Shown here one piece after another: positions 12,118-25,179 of a stretch of DNA of 64,000 bases. Position 1 is the stretch's first letter. Every line of letters begins with the position of its first letter. The stretch comes from Chiloscyllium plagiosum. Taxonomy: Eukaryota. The notes under the pieces were generated by a model. The model was not told where the DNA came from, made no database searches, and saw only the letters and a program-made list of their open reading frames with translations. A program made the translations under genes and the position numbers. The stretch covers positions 54,790,588 through 54,854,587 of the forward strand of contig NC_057728.1 of assembly GCF_004010195.1 (NCBI RefSeq), given 5' to 3'.

Positions 12118-12831
12118 AGGAGAAAGTGAGGACTGCAGATGTTGGAGACCAGAGGCGAGAGTGTGGTGCTGGAAAAGCAAAACAGGCTAGGTAGCATCTG
12201 AGGAGCAGGAGAATCGATGTTTCTTGTAGCAATGATAACCTCTGGTGAGCTTTCATATCATTAGCTGATCAGCTTTGATGAGAAACATGTAAAAATACAT
12301 CTTTACAAGAACCTGTTTGAACAACCTGGGTTTGATGATAAGGGCAGTTCTGGTCTCTGGTTGCTAAGTTCTGAATTGGAGTGCCATGGTAATAGCTGCA
12401 CATAAACACGAAGATGGGTTTAAACTTTACATCTGCAGTCCCATGATTCAAACCTGGCAGGCCAATGAAGGCAAGAACTTCAAAACTGAGTTATGTTTGA
12501 GTATACGGAGGAAAAGTCAAATTTTGTCAAAAACTTTTCATCTTGCTCTCATCAGGACATTTTGAAAGGATACAAACTTGTGGGGAAAGCCAACATTTAA
12601 ACAGCATGGGTTCCAACCAATCAGCACTCTCATCTCACGTCGTATATATGTTAGGTTTCTCCTTGAATTTGCACTCTTGTGAAATATCCTGATGAGTGGG
12701 AGACAAAAAGCTTCAATCATGTGTCCTTTTTCAGCAATGAACTCAATTTATTACTAGATCGATCGATTGATTTGATTTGATCATTGTTACATTCTGCTCC
12801 TTCCTTATTAACTTATGAACATGTAAACTGG

Positions 12832-13180
12832 GGGACCTTGTGGTGGCTCAGGGGTTAGCACTGCTGCCTCACAGCACCAGGGACCCAGGCTCAATTCCAC
12901 CCTCGGGTGACTGTCTGTGTGAAGTTTGCGTATTGTCCCCATGTCTACATGGGTTTCCTCAGAGTGCTCTGACTTCCTCCCACAATCCAAAGACGTGCAG
13001 ATTAGGTGGATTGCCTGTGCTAAATTGCCCATTGTGTTCAGGGATGTGTGGGCTAGGTGGATTAGCCATGGGAAAAACAGGGATGGGATGGGGGGGTTAG
13101 GTCTGGATGGGATGATCTTCAGAGGGTCAGTGTGGAATTGATGGGCCAAATAGCCCTGTTTCCTCACTATAGGGATTCTA
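12832..13180 (+). mobile_element. tRNA-derived V-SINE (HE1-like)
   Basis: A/B-box head tggtggctcaggggttagcactgctgcc..., V-core gggtttcctc...cctcccacaatccaaaga, CR1-like tail. Confidence 0.85.
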
Positions 13181-13964
13181 TTACTGAGATAGAGTGAAAA
13201 ATGTTGTTTTGTGTGCTATACCGGAAGATTGTACCATACAAAGTGCATTAGGGCAGCAGAACAGAGTGTAGAATACAGTGTTACAGCTGCAGAGAAGGTG
13301 CAGAGAGAGAGATAGAGAGAGAGAGATCAGGTTAACACTTGAGAGATCCATTCAAAAGTCTGATAACAGCAGGGAAGATGCAGTTCTTGAATCTATTTAT
13401 GTAACTGAATTATATCATTGAATGCTCATTTCTTTTATGCTGCAGTTGGACAGGCAGTTATAGTCTTCTCATCTCTCTCTCAAGATCATGACTGATCTCT
13501 GGTTCAGGAAAGAAAATGATAAGAGAACCACAAAAAGTCTATATTTTTCTCATCTGCAGCCACACTCTAGCTGTCACTGCTCTCTCCTTTAAAAGTCTCC
13601 ATAGTCGGTCAGTACTGGGACTCACACTAGGTTGAGCCTTAGAGTCGCACACAGAATGCACACCAACTTTCATTGTGCCACTAATGGGATAACCTATTAT
13701 CATGCTCAACTTCCTTCAGTCTAGAGTGTGAAATTCCATCTCTCAACTTCTCTTACCTCCTGTGAGTGACTCCTCCTTACAAACCCACCTTCCTGATCAA
13801 TGTTTGGGTGATCCAATCAAATATTTCCTTTCGTGGCTAACCTAATCTGATGACACATCCGAGGACATAGTTTTATTATGATTAAGACTACGGTATAAAT
13901 CCAAGTTGATGTCACTGTTCACTCGATGTGGAAATCTAACTTTTTCTTGTCCATTATCTATTAG

Positions 13965-14102
13965 GTTAAACCACATGCTGTTCACACAGGAGCAGGAGTG
14001 GGAATTTTCTTTGCCTGCGCCCTGGTAATAGCTGCTTTGGCCGTGGCTATGTATTTTTACCACAAGCATCGAAGGGGACCCTTCAGCTTCCAGTATTTCA
14101 AG
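13965..14102 (+). CDS. STAB2: Stabilin-2 transmembrane exon (VKPHAVHTGAGVGIFFACALVIAALAVAMYFYHKHRRGPFSFQYFK)
   Basis: tattag acceptor, AAG|gtaaca donor; hydrophobic helix followed by basic stop-transfer residues; not shown in the + ORF track. Confidence 0.92.
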
Positions 14103-14289
14103 GTAACAATCTACTGTCTGAAGACATTTGAAAATGATGCTTTTCTCATCTTGTTTTTATAGTCTGCATCTATCATATTATCAACTGCTACAGTCTAATT
14201 TTTAAAACTCTTTATCAACTGTGACTCGTTTTCACTGGGTGAGTTGCACCCTCACTCCTGAACGTTAACTGATATGAAAGCAAGGGGCA

Positions 14290-15250
14290 TGAACAAGCCA
14301 TTCAGTCTTTCAAGCCTGCTGGGCCATTGAATGAAATTGTGACTGATCTGATTGTAACCACAAATGCACATTCCTGCCCACCCCTGCTATCTACCTACTC
14401 ACCTCTGCCTTAAAAATATTCAGAGACTCTATTTCCACCACCTTTTTAGGAAGAGAGTTCCAAGGGCACTCAACACTTTGAGAGGGAAGAAATGCCTAAT
14501 TTTGTTAAAAATGATGATTCCTTATTAGATTAGATTACCTACAGTGTGGAAACAGACCCTTCGGCCCAACAAGTCCACACTGACACTCCGAAGAGTAACG
14601 TACCCAGACCCATTCCCCTACCCTATATTTACTCGACTAATGTACCTAATACTATGGGCAATTTAGCATGGCCAATTCACCTGGCCAGCGCATCTGGAAG
14701 CCAGAGCACCTAGAGGAAACCCATGCAGACACTGGGAGAACAAGCAAACTCCACACAGACAGTCGCCCAAGGCTGGAATCAAACTCTAGTCCCTGGCACT
14801 GTGAGGCAGCAGTGCTAACCACTGAGCCACAGTGTCACCCCTAGATCACATTTTGCAATCAAGTGACCACTTACTCTTCTGAACTCCAGTGGATACAGAC
14901 ATTGCCTCTCCAACTCTTCCTCATTAGACAACCCTGTCATTCTGGTGAACATCTGAATATGTCCGAAGCATCCCTGTCCTTCCATAAATAAAGTCACCAA
15001 TACTTTACACAGTACTCCAGATTTGGCTTCACAAATTCCCTGTATTAGAAGCATAAGCTCACTACATGTGTATTCAATTCCCTTCAATAAATTATAACAT
15101 TCCATTAGCTTTCCTAATTACTTGTTATAGCTGTTGAGTAGTATTTTGCAATTCATGCATTAGGATCCCAGTCCCCTATGCATCTCATTGCTGTGTAATA
15201 TCGCACCTTTTAGAAAATATGCTTTTTTAAAATTCTTCCTGCCAAAATGA
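14290..15250 (-). mobile_element. CR1 LINE 3' fragment with a nested HE1-like SINE (about 14526-14842, -)
   Basis: CR1 motifs on both sides of the SINE, which ends in an (ATTAG)n-type tail. Confidence 0.75.
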
Positions 15251-15895
15251 GGCAGGAAGACACCTTTGTGATGACACCCATTTGAGCAAAGTACAATCTG
15301 ATCTCTCAGCTGGAAATTTTCACCAGAGAGCAAACAAGGCTTGGAGAATTGCAACTATAATGTTCTTGCTATTTTATTCGACCTGTTCAGGAGACCCTCT
15401 GGGGCAAGTGGAATCTGAACCTGGACTTTCTGGCTCAGCGATAGGGATACCACCACTACACCACAGACCCTGACTACATTTTTATATCACCATCTTCATC
15501 CATGGTTGCAGCAAGTGGCAGAACAACCCCTTTCGATGAAAAAATAAAAATGGTAACGCACCAAACTCAAATATCATTCTGCTGGGAGTTACTGGACAGC
15601 AATACTGTGATCCATCTTGTTCATCCTCTGCCAGCCTGGACACTATAATGAAGGGGTTACTGACTGTTCACAGCAATTAATCCTCATCAATTAGCCGACA
15701 GGGAAATGATACAATACTCCCATCCTTCTAAACAGCAAAGTTTTTGAAAATACTTTCTCGTTGGATTTGCAAGTTGTGGTTGGGCCCTGCATTGCTTGTC
15801 TATTCTTAATAATCCTTAGGTACTGCAGAGTCAAAGGTAACTCCTGACAACTTTGAATCAGGATATTTGACATGTTTTCCTGTTTATATTTACAG

Positions 15896-16009
15896 TCTGA
15901 AGAAGGAGAAGGTGTGTCCTCATTTGACGACTCCATACCCAACAGGTTCAGTAACCCCATGTACAACAAGTTCACAAATTCCACAGACAGTGACAAAGAT
16001 CCTTTCTGT
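15896..16009 (+). CDS. STAB2: Stabilin-2 cytoplasmic-tail exon (SEEGEG...SNPMY...DKDPFC)
   Basis: tttacag acceptor, TGT|gtaagt donor; SEE, NPxY and DPF motifs as in the mammalian STAB2 tail. Confidence 0.9.
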
Positions 16010-16141
16010 GTAAGTTTTCTTCTCACTAACTGTGTGTGTGTGTGTGTGTGGGGTATACCCCATTATCTTTAGTTACCATCTAAATGAAGTTAAAGAAAGC
16101 ATAAACATTTCCAAAAAAGAAAGCAATTGCATTTTACCACT

Positions 16142-16590
16142 GGGGAAGTGATGGCCTAGTGGTATTATTGCTGAACTGTTAATCCAGAGACCCAGATAAT
16201 GTTCCGGGGACCTGGGTTCAAATCCTGCCTCAGTAGGTGGTGAAATTCAAATTCAATAAAAGGAAAAAATCTGGAATTAAGAGTCTAACAATGACCAGGA
16301 ATCTATTGTTGATGGTCAGAATAATCCATCTGGTTCAATAAAGTCCTTTAGGGAAGGATACTGCCATCCTTACCTGGTCTGAGACCAAACATCTGCAGAT
16401 GCTGAAATTGAAAGTAGACAGGCAGGAAGTGGTGAAGTCGGCGTTTCAGGTGTAACCCTTCTTCCTGGTTTGGCCTGCATGTGACTCAAGACCCACAGCA
16501 ATGTTGCTGATGCTTAACTGCCCTTTGGGCAATTAGGGATGGGCAATAAATGCTGCCTAGCCAACGACACCTTCATCCCGTAAATGAAGA
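16142..16590 (+). mobile_element. tRNA-headed SINE, second family (core ccatctggttca...ccagacccacagcaatgt), with PLE insert at 16381-16463
   Basis: A box tggcctagtgg, B box ggttcaaatcc; related copies at about 24196, 32455, 38115, 41010, 53105, 54555, 57335. Confidence 0.75.
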
Positions 16591-17019
16591 AAGAAAAAAT
16601 CTCGAGCACTTCACAACCAGTGAGTTACTTTCAAAATGCAGTCGCTGCTGGAATGCAGAAAATGTGGCTGTCACTTTATACACTGCGTTACTGTATTTTA
16701 GCTTTGTTTGTTGAGAGGCAAATATTTGCCAGGGCGAGGAATAACCTGGCATTCAATGTAGTAATGCCCTGAGGGGGCAAGTGGAGCCCTGAGAACAAAA
16801 AGAAAGGAGCACCCTGATGAAATTTGCCTCCCACTGGCACATTGCTTCTATCCTTGATTTTGAGTCAGTGCATTTTAGTGAATAGATTGTTTGAGACTTC
16901 GTCAATGTTGTATGTGTCATACACTGCCTGTCCCTAGGGATCTCAAAGTCCTTGGGTCTTTCCAACCTATCCCAACTCTTCCAGCCTCTGGTAAGTGAGG
17001 TCTGTCCAAATGTCTATCC

Positions 17020-17495
17020 CACCGCCCTGTGGCCAAACACTTCTACTCACCCTCCCAATCTGCCGTGGACATGCAAGTTCTGGGCCTCCTCCACTGCCAA
17101 ATTCTAGCCACCCATCACCTGCAGGAAGAACACCTCATCTTCCACCTTGGGACCCTCCAACCACATGGGATCAATGTCGACTTCACCAGTTTCCTGATCT
17201 CCCCTCCTCCCACCTTATTCCAGATCCAACCCTCCAACTCAGCACTGCTCTCTTGAACTGTCCTACCTGTCCATCTTCCGTCCCACCTATCTGCTCCTCC
17301 CTCCACTCTGGCCTATCACCTTCAACCCCACTTTCATCTACATATTGCATTCCCAGCTATTTTCCCTTCAGCACACACATCCCCCTCAGCCTACAAGCCT
17401 CATTCCTGATGAGGGGCTTATGCTCGATACATCAACTCTCCAGCTCCTCGGATGCTGCCTGACTGGCTGTTCTTTTCCAGTGCCACACTTTTTGA
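17020..17495 (+). mobile_element. Penelope-like element 3' end: GIY-YIG endonuclease C-terminus plus decayed hammerhead (17406-17433)
   Basis: ORF 17029-17256 VAKHF.SPS...DMQVLGL...EEHLIFHLGTLQPHGIN is typical of a PLE GIY-YIG C-terminus; CTGATGA-GGGGC-TTAT-GCTC-GATAC follows. Confidence 0.85.
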
Positions 17496-17947
17496 CCATG
17501 GTGATTTAATCTTATGTTATTGGAGCCAAGAGAAGCGTTGTTGCATCTGGTAAAGCAGCCTCTTGGATGCAAAAATCAATCTCCTCCTCAGTGAATATGA
17601 TTGAGAATTTTGCAGCTTGTGTAGATTGGACAATTACTTTGGCCTTTTTAACGGGAACTTTCCAACCAATCCGATGGGGTCATTAAACTCTGCCTTTCAG
17701 ACAGAGACCAATGTCTTATCTGAGGGAGATTACATTACTGCTGCCTAGACTATAAGCTCCAGTCTCTAGAGTCAAAAATCAAACCTAAATTGTCTGTCTA
17801 ACTCAAAATGTGAGAGTGCTTTACCCACTGTGCCATTCCTGACACCTATTACAGCACAGGTATGATCAAAAACTAAAGACCATAAGTGGAACTAGAACTC
17901 TAAGTTGATAAGGCACTTCCAGTAATTACCTGTTTAATTTTCCACAG

Positions 17948-17989
17948 GATGAATATCACCTAGGAACAAATAATGGTGACCAACAATAG
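17948..17989 (+). CDS. STAB2: Stabilin-2 probable terminal coding exon (DEYHLGTNNGDQQ*)
   Basis: Strong acceptor tttaattttccacag, phase 0, begins with D as expected after DPFx, TAG stop; short, so less certain. Confidence 0.7.
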   Translation, partial: DEYHLGTNNGDQQ

Positions 17990-19042
17990 CACGACTGTCA
18001 ACATTCTGTGTGTACACCATTACCAAAGAAATGTTAAACATTAAACATTTGGTGGTCACTGCAAGTTCTCTTAACTGCAGCATTCCAATCTCTTAACCAC
18101 AAACGGTGAAACCCACAGAGTCAGGTGGCATCTTTGATTGACCATGAGGAAGGACGAATGAAAATTAAAACCATATTGTATATGCATTATAGCCTTCTTT
18201 GGAAAAAAAATTAACTGGAATAGAGACTTTAAGACTGTAATATTTAGCTATTTTAACCTAATGAAGTTGAGACGTCCAAACAAGTGTCTTAAAAAACTGA
18301 TGCGGGTAAAGAAACCTTTGGGAAATATTGTCTAAAAATAGACTTGGCCAATTATTTTGATCTTGAATTAAAAGTCTAAGATGCACCTTTAAATACAAAC
18401 ATATATTTTTCCTCTGTTTAGAAAATGTAAGATTTTGGAGAGTTATGAAAGACATCAAGTGTTCCCAGCCCTCCAGAAATTCTAAATTGTTCTCCCAACA
18501 CTGACATTGAGCAACACTTCAGAAAAATCACAGGAGTAGTAAAAAACAATGTTTTGCTCTTCATTTTCTTGGAGGCTTGTTTATTGAAGTGATTAAACAA
18601 TTACAGGCAGCACATGAACAGCCAAATCAAGAACAGGGCAATTTGATGACAAAGAATCTGCTCATTCTCCAATTGGTGCTGGGGAGGGATGCATTGTGGG
18701 ATTGACATATCAGGTGACCAGTAGGAGCCAGAGTGAAGTCACGACGACAAAACCTCCAGGAATGCATCCAAGCAGAGTTGGTAACAGGCCTCTGCCTTCA
18801 ACGCCCACAAACCAGGAGCAGATGGAACAATTCTGAGCGTGCTCTCATGAGTGACTCCCTCAGGCAGCCATGTCATAATCAGCTTTCATTTGTTCAGGAT
18901 AGATTATTGAAAAAAAAGCATGTCCTTTCAAAAGATTTTCAATTTGTTCCGGAGTGTGCAGGAGGCGCCACAGTAGTAAGAGACTGGTGATAGAAAAAGT
19001 AGTTGCAATTCTCTGTTCTAAAGCAGATGGCGGTAGTGAGAA

Positions 19043-20450
19043 GAACATAGGAATTAGGAGCAGGAGCAGGTAATTCAGCCCTTTGAGCCCACTCTGACAT
19101 GTCACATAATCATGGCTGATCTTATCCTGGTCTCAACTCCACTTTCCTGCCTGCTCCTCATAGGCTTTTAATGAAAAGCAGAATAAAGGGCTATCTATTT
19201 CTTTCTTGAGTCAGTTGATTGATTCTGCCTCTACTGCACTCTGAGGCAGTGACTTCCACAGATTCACAACCCTCTGGGAGAAATAGTTTCTCCTCATCTC
19301 AGTTTTGATCCTACTTCCTCTCTCTCTATATCAATGCTCTCTTGTTTGAGACTGTCCTACAGGGGGAAAACATGTGTTGAACGTCTACCTCATTGATCCC
19401 TCTTAGCATTTTATATACCTCAATCAGATCCCTGTCCTCTTCGTTCTTCTGAACTCCAGCAAGTACAAAGGCCAAGCTATTCAACTGCTCCTTGTATGAC
19501 GGGCTTTTCATGCCTGGAGCTAACCTGGTGAACCTTCTCTGAACTGCCTCCAGTGCCACCACAGCCATCCTCAAGTACAGAGGCCAAAACTGGACACAAT
19601 ACTCCAGGTCATCTCACCATTGCCTTACACAATTGTAGCATCACTTCCTTACTTTTATAATCCAGGCCTTTTGGAATGTATGCCAGGATTCCATTGGCTT
19701 CCTTATTATACACTGCATCTGCACACCCACTTTGTGTGATTCATGCACAAAGATACCCAGATCCCTCTGCACTGAATCAGTTTGAATCTTCTTCCCATTT
19801 AAATAATAATTTCCCCTTTTATTTTTCCGGTCAAAACGGACGACCTCATATATATCCCCATTAAACTCCGTCTGCCAGGTTCTGACCCATTCTCCTAGCC
19901 TATCAATATCCATCTGTAAACTCTATCTCGTCATCACTGCCTGCTTTCCCACCTATTTTAGCATCATCTGTGAACTTTGTTATGTTACACTCTGTCTCTG
20001 CGTGCAGATAATTTATATAGATTGTTGAGGTCCGAGAGCTGAACCCTGTGGCACTCCTCCAGGTACAGTTCACCATCCAGAGAAGGACCCATTTATCCTG
20101 ACCCTCTGCTGTCAGTTGGCTAATCCCCTATCTAAGCCAATACTCTACCCTTATGCCTTGGGATCCAACCTTCTGGATCAGTCTTTTATCTGGCACTTTG
20201 TCAACTGCCTTCTGAAAGTCTAGTTGTACCAAACCCTTAAAGAACACCAGCAAGTTTGTCAAGCACAACTTGCCCTTCATGAAACCAAGCTGAGACTGGT
20301 GAATTGAGCTTTGTTTTTCTAAGTGTCAGGTACCTTCACCTTTACGATTGACTCCAGCAACATCCCCACTACAGAGGTCAAACTAACTGGTCTGTAGCTT
20401 CCCACATTTTTGCCCATCTCTTTTTTTGGAGAAGGGTGTCACATGGAGAA
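19043..20450 (-). mobile_element. CR1 LINE 3' fragment (RT), frameshifted
   Basis: ORFs 19326-19574 (LEAVQRRFTRL...DLIEVYKML) and 19641-19913 (QRDLGIFV). Confidence 0.9.
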
Positions 20451-20526
20451 TTTTGAAGTTACAAATCTGTTAGTTTATAAGAAGGCAATGTAAGCCTAGT
20501 CTTAATTAAGCATATTTTTTCAAAGT

Positions 20527-20706
20527 TTTATTTCCAACTGGATCTTCAAACCTGAAGGATGCTGCAATCAGTATTTTACCGACTGCTAATGAATGGTTAA
20601 AATCGATTTGCAAAGGAACTGGAGTCCGCTCCATTGTTCTGGTCCTCCTACAGTTGCTTTATTATTGGCACTGCATACATGAAAGAAACCCCACTACAGA
20701 TTTATT
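20527..20706 (-). terminator. Cluster of candidate poly(A) signals for NT5DC3 (AATAAA on - at 20701-20706, 20658-20663, 20527-20532)
   Basis: Three hexamers at the end of a ~3.2-kb largely repeat-poor AT-rich stretch downstream of the stop codon; usage unproven. Confidence 0.35.
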
Positions 20707-23700
20707 GTAAAATCGTACATTACATGGACATTCTAAACTTCTCAGTTTACAGAACTCCTTTCTACAGCAAACCTCGGAGTACACTGAAACTACACTAGCC
20801 ACATGTATTTGAAACAGAGCAACCTTTTGCTGCAATGAAACATTTTGGGGGAAAAAGCAGTTTTAAAATTATCTGCATTTATCTCTTATTGTTAGAGAGG
20901 AACCCAACTTACTTGCATGACATTTAAACTAAAACATTTAACACAAAGTGTAGATTCTTAAGATTTCACTGCACAACCACTGCTTAAACGCTTTGAGACT
21001 AGCGAGTACTACATAACATGGATTACAATGCAATGGCATGCTGTAATCACCTTAGATTGTACCACTTTTCCCATAAAACACACTTACACCATTAGAAAAA
21101 TAGAGAACCATAATTACAATTGTCAAAGGATTTTAGTGTTGAATAGTCTGATTTTTGTCTTGCATTTAGAAAACAACTCAGAATTCCTTGAAACAATCAT
21201 TAATTAAGATCATTTTAATCTCTTCAGATGCATTCTGTTAATGTCAAACACATTCAACTATTCAATTCAGTAGATTATTGAACAATCATTCAAGACCACT
21301 TACTCACAAATGGCATTTCAATTCAGTTGGGAAGTAAGTTCGAGTTTTGGGGCAAGATTTTAAATCTGTGGATCTTTAAATTTCCCTGAATTTTTACAAA
21401 CTGCAATAGTGAGACCAGTTAGAAATCACAAGCAAAATTTTCCCAAGTATGGACATTACAAGTCATCATAAAATAGAAGCTCATTGTTTGCAGTTCTCTG
21501 TTCAGGGGTATGAATGAGCAAAAGACTACCGACTGTAGAGAAGGTCTCATTGTTGGAACAGGACACTCAGAAACCAATCAAACACAACCCCACCCAGTAC
21601 AGCCCAATATAAAGACACACTCATATTTTTAGCAGGCAGGACCAAGCCAGTAATAAACAAAGAAAATTATCAAAAAGCTTTAAAAGGGTAACAAACCACA
21701 AACACTCAAATCACAAGCAGCATAAAGTTAACTTAAGAAATTAAATACAGTTGTTTCTCCTACAAACTACCTGCAGTGCTCACAGGGAACAGAAGGCAAT
21801 AACATTCTTCAAACAGTTACTGCAGTGCCAAGAGTTGTGGATAGATCTAGTTAAAACCGTTTATGTGTTTTGTTCAGATCCAGCCTGAACAATTAGAATG
21901 AAGGTCTGTTGCTTCTATGGGATGGAACTGCTCTTTCAACAGCCCAGTCCCTGGAGACTGAGACCAGAAGACAAATTTATGAACTAATTCAACACATAAG
22001 ACAATGCAAATTCTGGCTGAAGAAGGAACCATGATAAGAAGTGAATATGTGTGAACATCCTTTGATATGGATGGAGTCTTCAGTTAAGTAGCAAGACTAG
22101 AGATGTTGAAAACATTCTCCTTACTTAAGAGGAGGCTAGCAAGAGATTTAACAGAGGTGTTCAAAATGAATTTGGGTTTTAACAGAGTAAATAGGGAACG
22201 TTTCTAGCAGAAGGGCATTGATTAAGGAACAAGAGGAAATGAGGATTTTTAAAAACATATGTCACAAATTATGATGATGTGGATTACAGTTCACATCAGA
22301 ATGGTCAATTCAAGAAGATTCAAGAGTAACTTCCAAGAAGGAATTGGAATTAAAGGCCAAATTCAGTTAATGTACAGTATAAGAAAGACTTGAAAGTGCA
22401 AAGTTTCCCATGGAGTGAGAGACTGGGATTGGACCTAATTCTTTCAAAGAGTTGCACAGATGGAATGCACCCAAATGGTCTCCCCCTGTATTCAATAATT
22501 CTATACAACTATAATCAGCCAGAATTTAGTTCTTGAAGTTTAAATTTGCAAAACATTTCTGTAGATGGTAATGATGCAATTATATTTTAATACTCACTCC
22601 AGATCAGTAACAGTGTAAATAAAACATTATGTTCAAGTGTATTTCTGAAGGAATACTATGCACAGCATAAAGCTTGATACTAAAGGGATAACACGAGGAG
22701 CCACATTCGAAAATCAGTGGCAAATGTTTCAGCAATCGGGCCACAGAATGACCAAATGCAAGGTCTTACACGGCTAATGTCAAGATGTTAATGATTTTCA
22801 AGCCAGCACTTCACATCAGCTTGCTCTCTGACTCTAACTCTGTGCGTATCCCATCAACTTCCCAGCAAGCTCTACTCAGCAACACAGTTTCCAGTGTCGG
22901 GACCTTCCCTTCCCTAATCTCCTTCACCTATCACTGCCCTCCTCACTTTTAAATGCCACCTATTTGACCATTTCTCTCAGCGGTGGGCAATCCGTTCTCT
23001 TAGATGCTAATTATCATTTTATGCATTTGCTTCAGAAACCTATTGAACAACATTTATCACATATAAATACAGCTTGTGACTTACAGAACAGATCAAGCCA
23101 ATAATATACAAAACACACAGATGTAAGACAGGAATGATTCTATCAATACTGACTAACTCGGAGTTGGCAAAGATGTCCTTATAAGGGATTTGCCAATACT
23201 GCACTTGCTAATCTACGACTAGCACGCTTTAGAGAGACAGCAGAGTTAATATTGCAAGTACATTTTGCGCATGTTCTAACCTTAAGTCAGTCTCTATGTA
23301 TTTACTTTACGTTTACAGAAACATTTCATAATAAAGCACACTTCCTGGCTGTAAATATTAAGTAACCTCAATTCTCCCACAGTACTAACACTTAGCAATC
23401 TGCTTTACAAGCACATCTAGTGAACTCAGAGAGGAGTTCTGGGCCAAGTGAATCCAGGGAATCTTCACTTCCAAACCCCAATCTTTCTACTCCTCTCTCT
23501 CGTCTGTATCAGCTAGACTTTGCCTGTATCTCAACAAATATTGAGGCTGTGAGCACTTTCACTCCCATCATCACGTCACACAAATGCGTGCCATGGTGTT
23601 ACCCAGGCAACCAAAAACCACAGACAGTATGTTATCGCTCTGTGGGAAGAGACATTTTGGCGACGATTTGCCCTCTCGTTGTGGAAAACAACACGAAAGC

Positions 23701-23862
23701 CTAGTTGACCACACTCTAGCGATGTTTAGCCAGTAGCTTAGCGCTACAGCCACTGAAAGCCCAGATACAATGAGAGACTCACAAAAATAACTAAAGCAAA
23801 GTTCTGAACTGTTTTGTGTTGGGCTGAAGTTTATGACTCAGTTAGAAGGGTCCATGCGGCCA

Positions 23863-24124
23863 TCACTTAATCTGAGCCAACCCCTCGATATAGGGGGACT
23901 TGGATGGGCTGGCACCAATCTGGTCTGACCAGAGTGAGGCTTCATGCTGCAGTGGCGTTCTCCGAGGGTAGAATGTGTTGTGCAGGTTGTAGCTCAAGAT
24001 GCAGCTCAGGGATGCCATGTATATATCAGCGAAACGAGAGAGCCGTCGGGAGAAATAGGTGGGATTATGGTGGGTTCTAAAAATGCTCCCAAACTGGGGG
24101 TTAAAGATGGTCTTGGTCATTTCC
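23863..24124 (-). CDS. NT5DC3: NT5DC3 terminal coding exon 14 ([17 protein letters not shown]...[10 protein letters not shown]...[11 protein letters not shown]...AQIK*)
   Basis: tttcag acceptor, TGA stop; summed CDS 1743 nt = 580 aa + stop. Confidence 0.96.
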
Positions 24125-24245
24125 CTGAAACATCAAAAAATAAATGAGTGACCAGTGTTAGCAACACAAAGGAACAGACTTCTTAATACAACTAGTGGGG
24201 AGATGGTGGTGTAGCGAAAATGTTTCCGGGTTCGTAACCCAGAAG

Positions 24246-24418
24246 AGCGCAGCAGGTCAGGCAGCATCCAAGGAACAGGAGAATCGACGTTTCGGGCATA
24301 AGCCCTTATGCCTGAAACGTCGATTCTCCTGCTCCTTGGATGCTGCCTGACCTCCTGCGCTTTTCCAGCAACACATTTTCAGCTCTGATCTCCAGCATCT
24401 GCAGTCCTCACTTTCTCC
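24246..24418. mobile_element. Fold-back PLE mini-insertion in a SINE, 14-bp TSD
   Basis: 57-bp inverted arms 24246-24302 / 24305-24361; TSD TCGTAACCCAGAAG at 24232-24245 and 24419-24432. Confidence 0.85.
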
Positions 24419-25179
24419 TCGTAACCCAGAAGCCCAGGTTAATGTAATCGGGAAATAGGTTCAAAGCCCATCATGGATTTTAAATACAATTAACAAAACC
24501 TGGAATTGAAAACTAGTCTCAGTGTGACCTCCAAATCAGGACTTGCTCCTAAGAGGAGGAGTGGCATTCTTACCTTAAACACTTAACTCTGCTCCAGGCA
24601 CTAAATCGTGGCAGGGATCTGGTGGATTTATAGCACCCCGCACAAAACCAAGCCCCTCATCCCAGTTCCCAACAATATCCTGAAGTGGTATTGACAATTA
24701 ACAAGTAATTCAGAGACAGAGGCTAATGCTGTGGAGACATGGGTTCAACAAACCAACTGGGGCAACTGGAGGAATTGAAAATCAATCAATAAATTTGTCA
24801 CAGAATGCTGGCCTCAGTGATGGTGACCACGAAACTGCTATCCACAGATTAACCACACAGATGCATCCATATGGTTCAATATCATTCATCAGGGAAAGAA
24901 ATTTGTCATCTTTACATGGTCTGCCCTACATGTAACTGCAGACCCACAACAATGTGGCTGACTCTAACTGCCCCCACGAATGGCCAGGGTAACTATACAG
25001 CTCAAAGACAATTTGGAATGGATAACAAATGGGTAACGTTCCAGAGAAGGATAAAAAGGAACAGGGATCATAGTAGAATACAAAATGCCTTCGAGCTGAC
25101 AACATTTAGTGTAAAGGGAACATATCCCAACATGGTCCAACCTTCCTCTTTCTTCTTACTACTACCTCACCCATGTTCA

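Noticed and set aside
4945..12750. Further hammerhead-like CTGATGAG motifs at about 5079 and 12689
   Set aside because: Probably an older PLE family, but stems and GAAA are too decayed to support a ribozyme call
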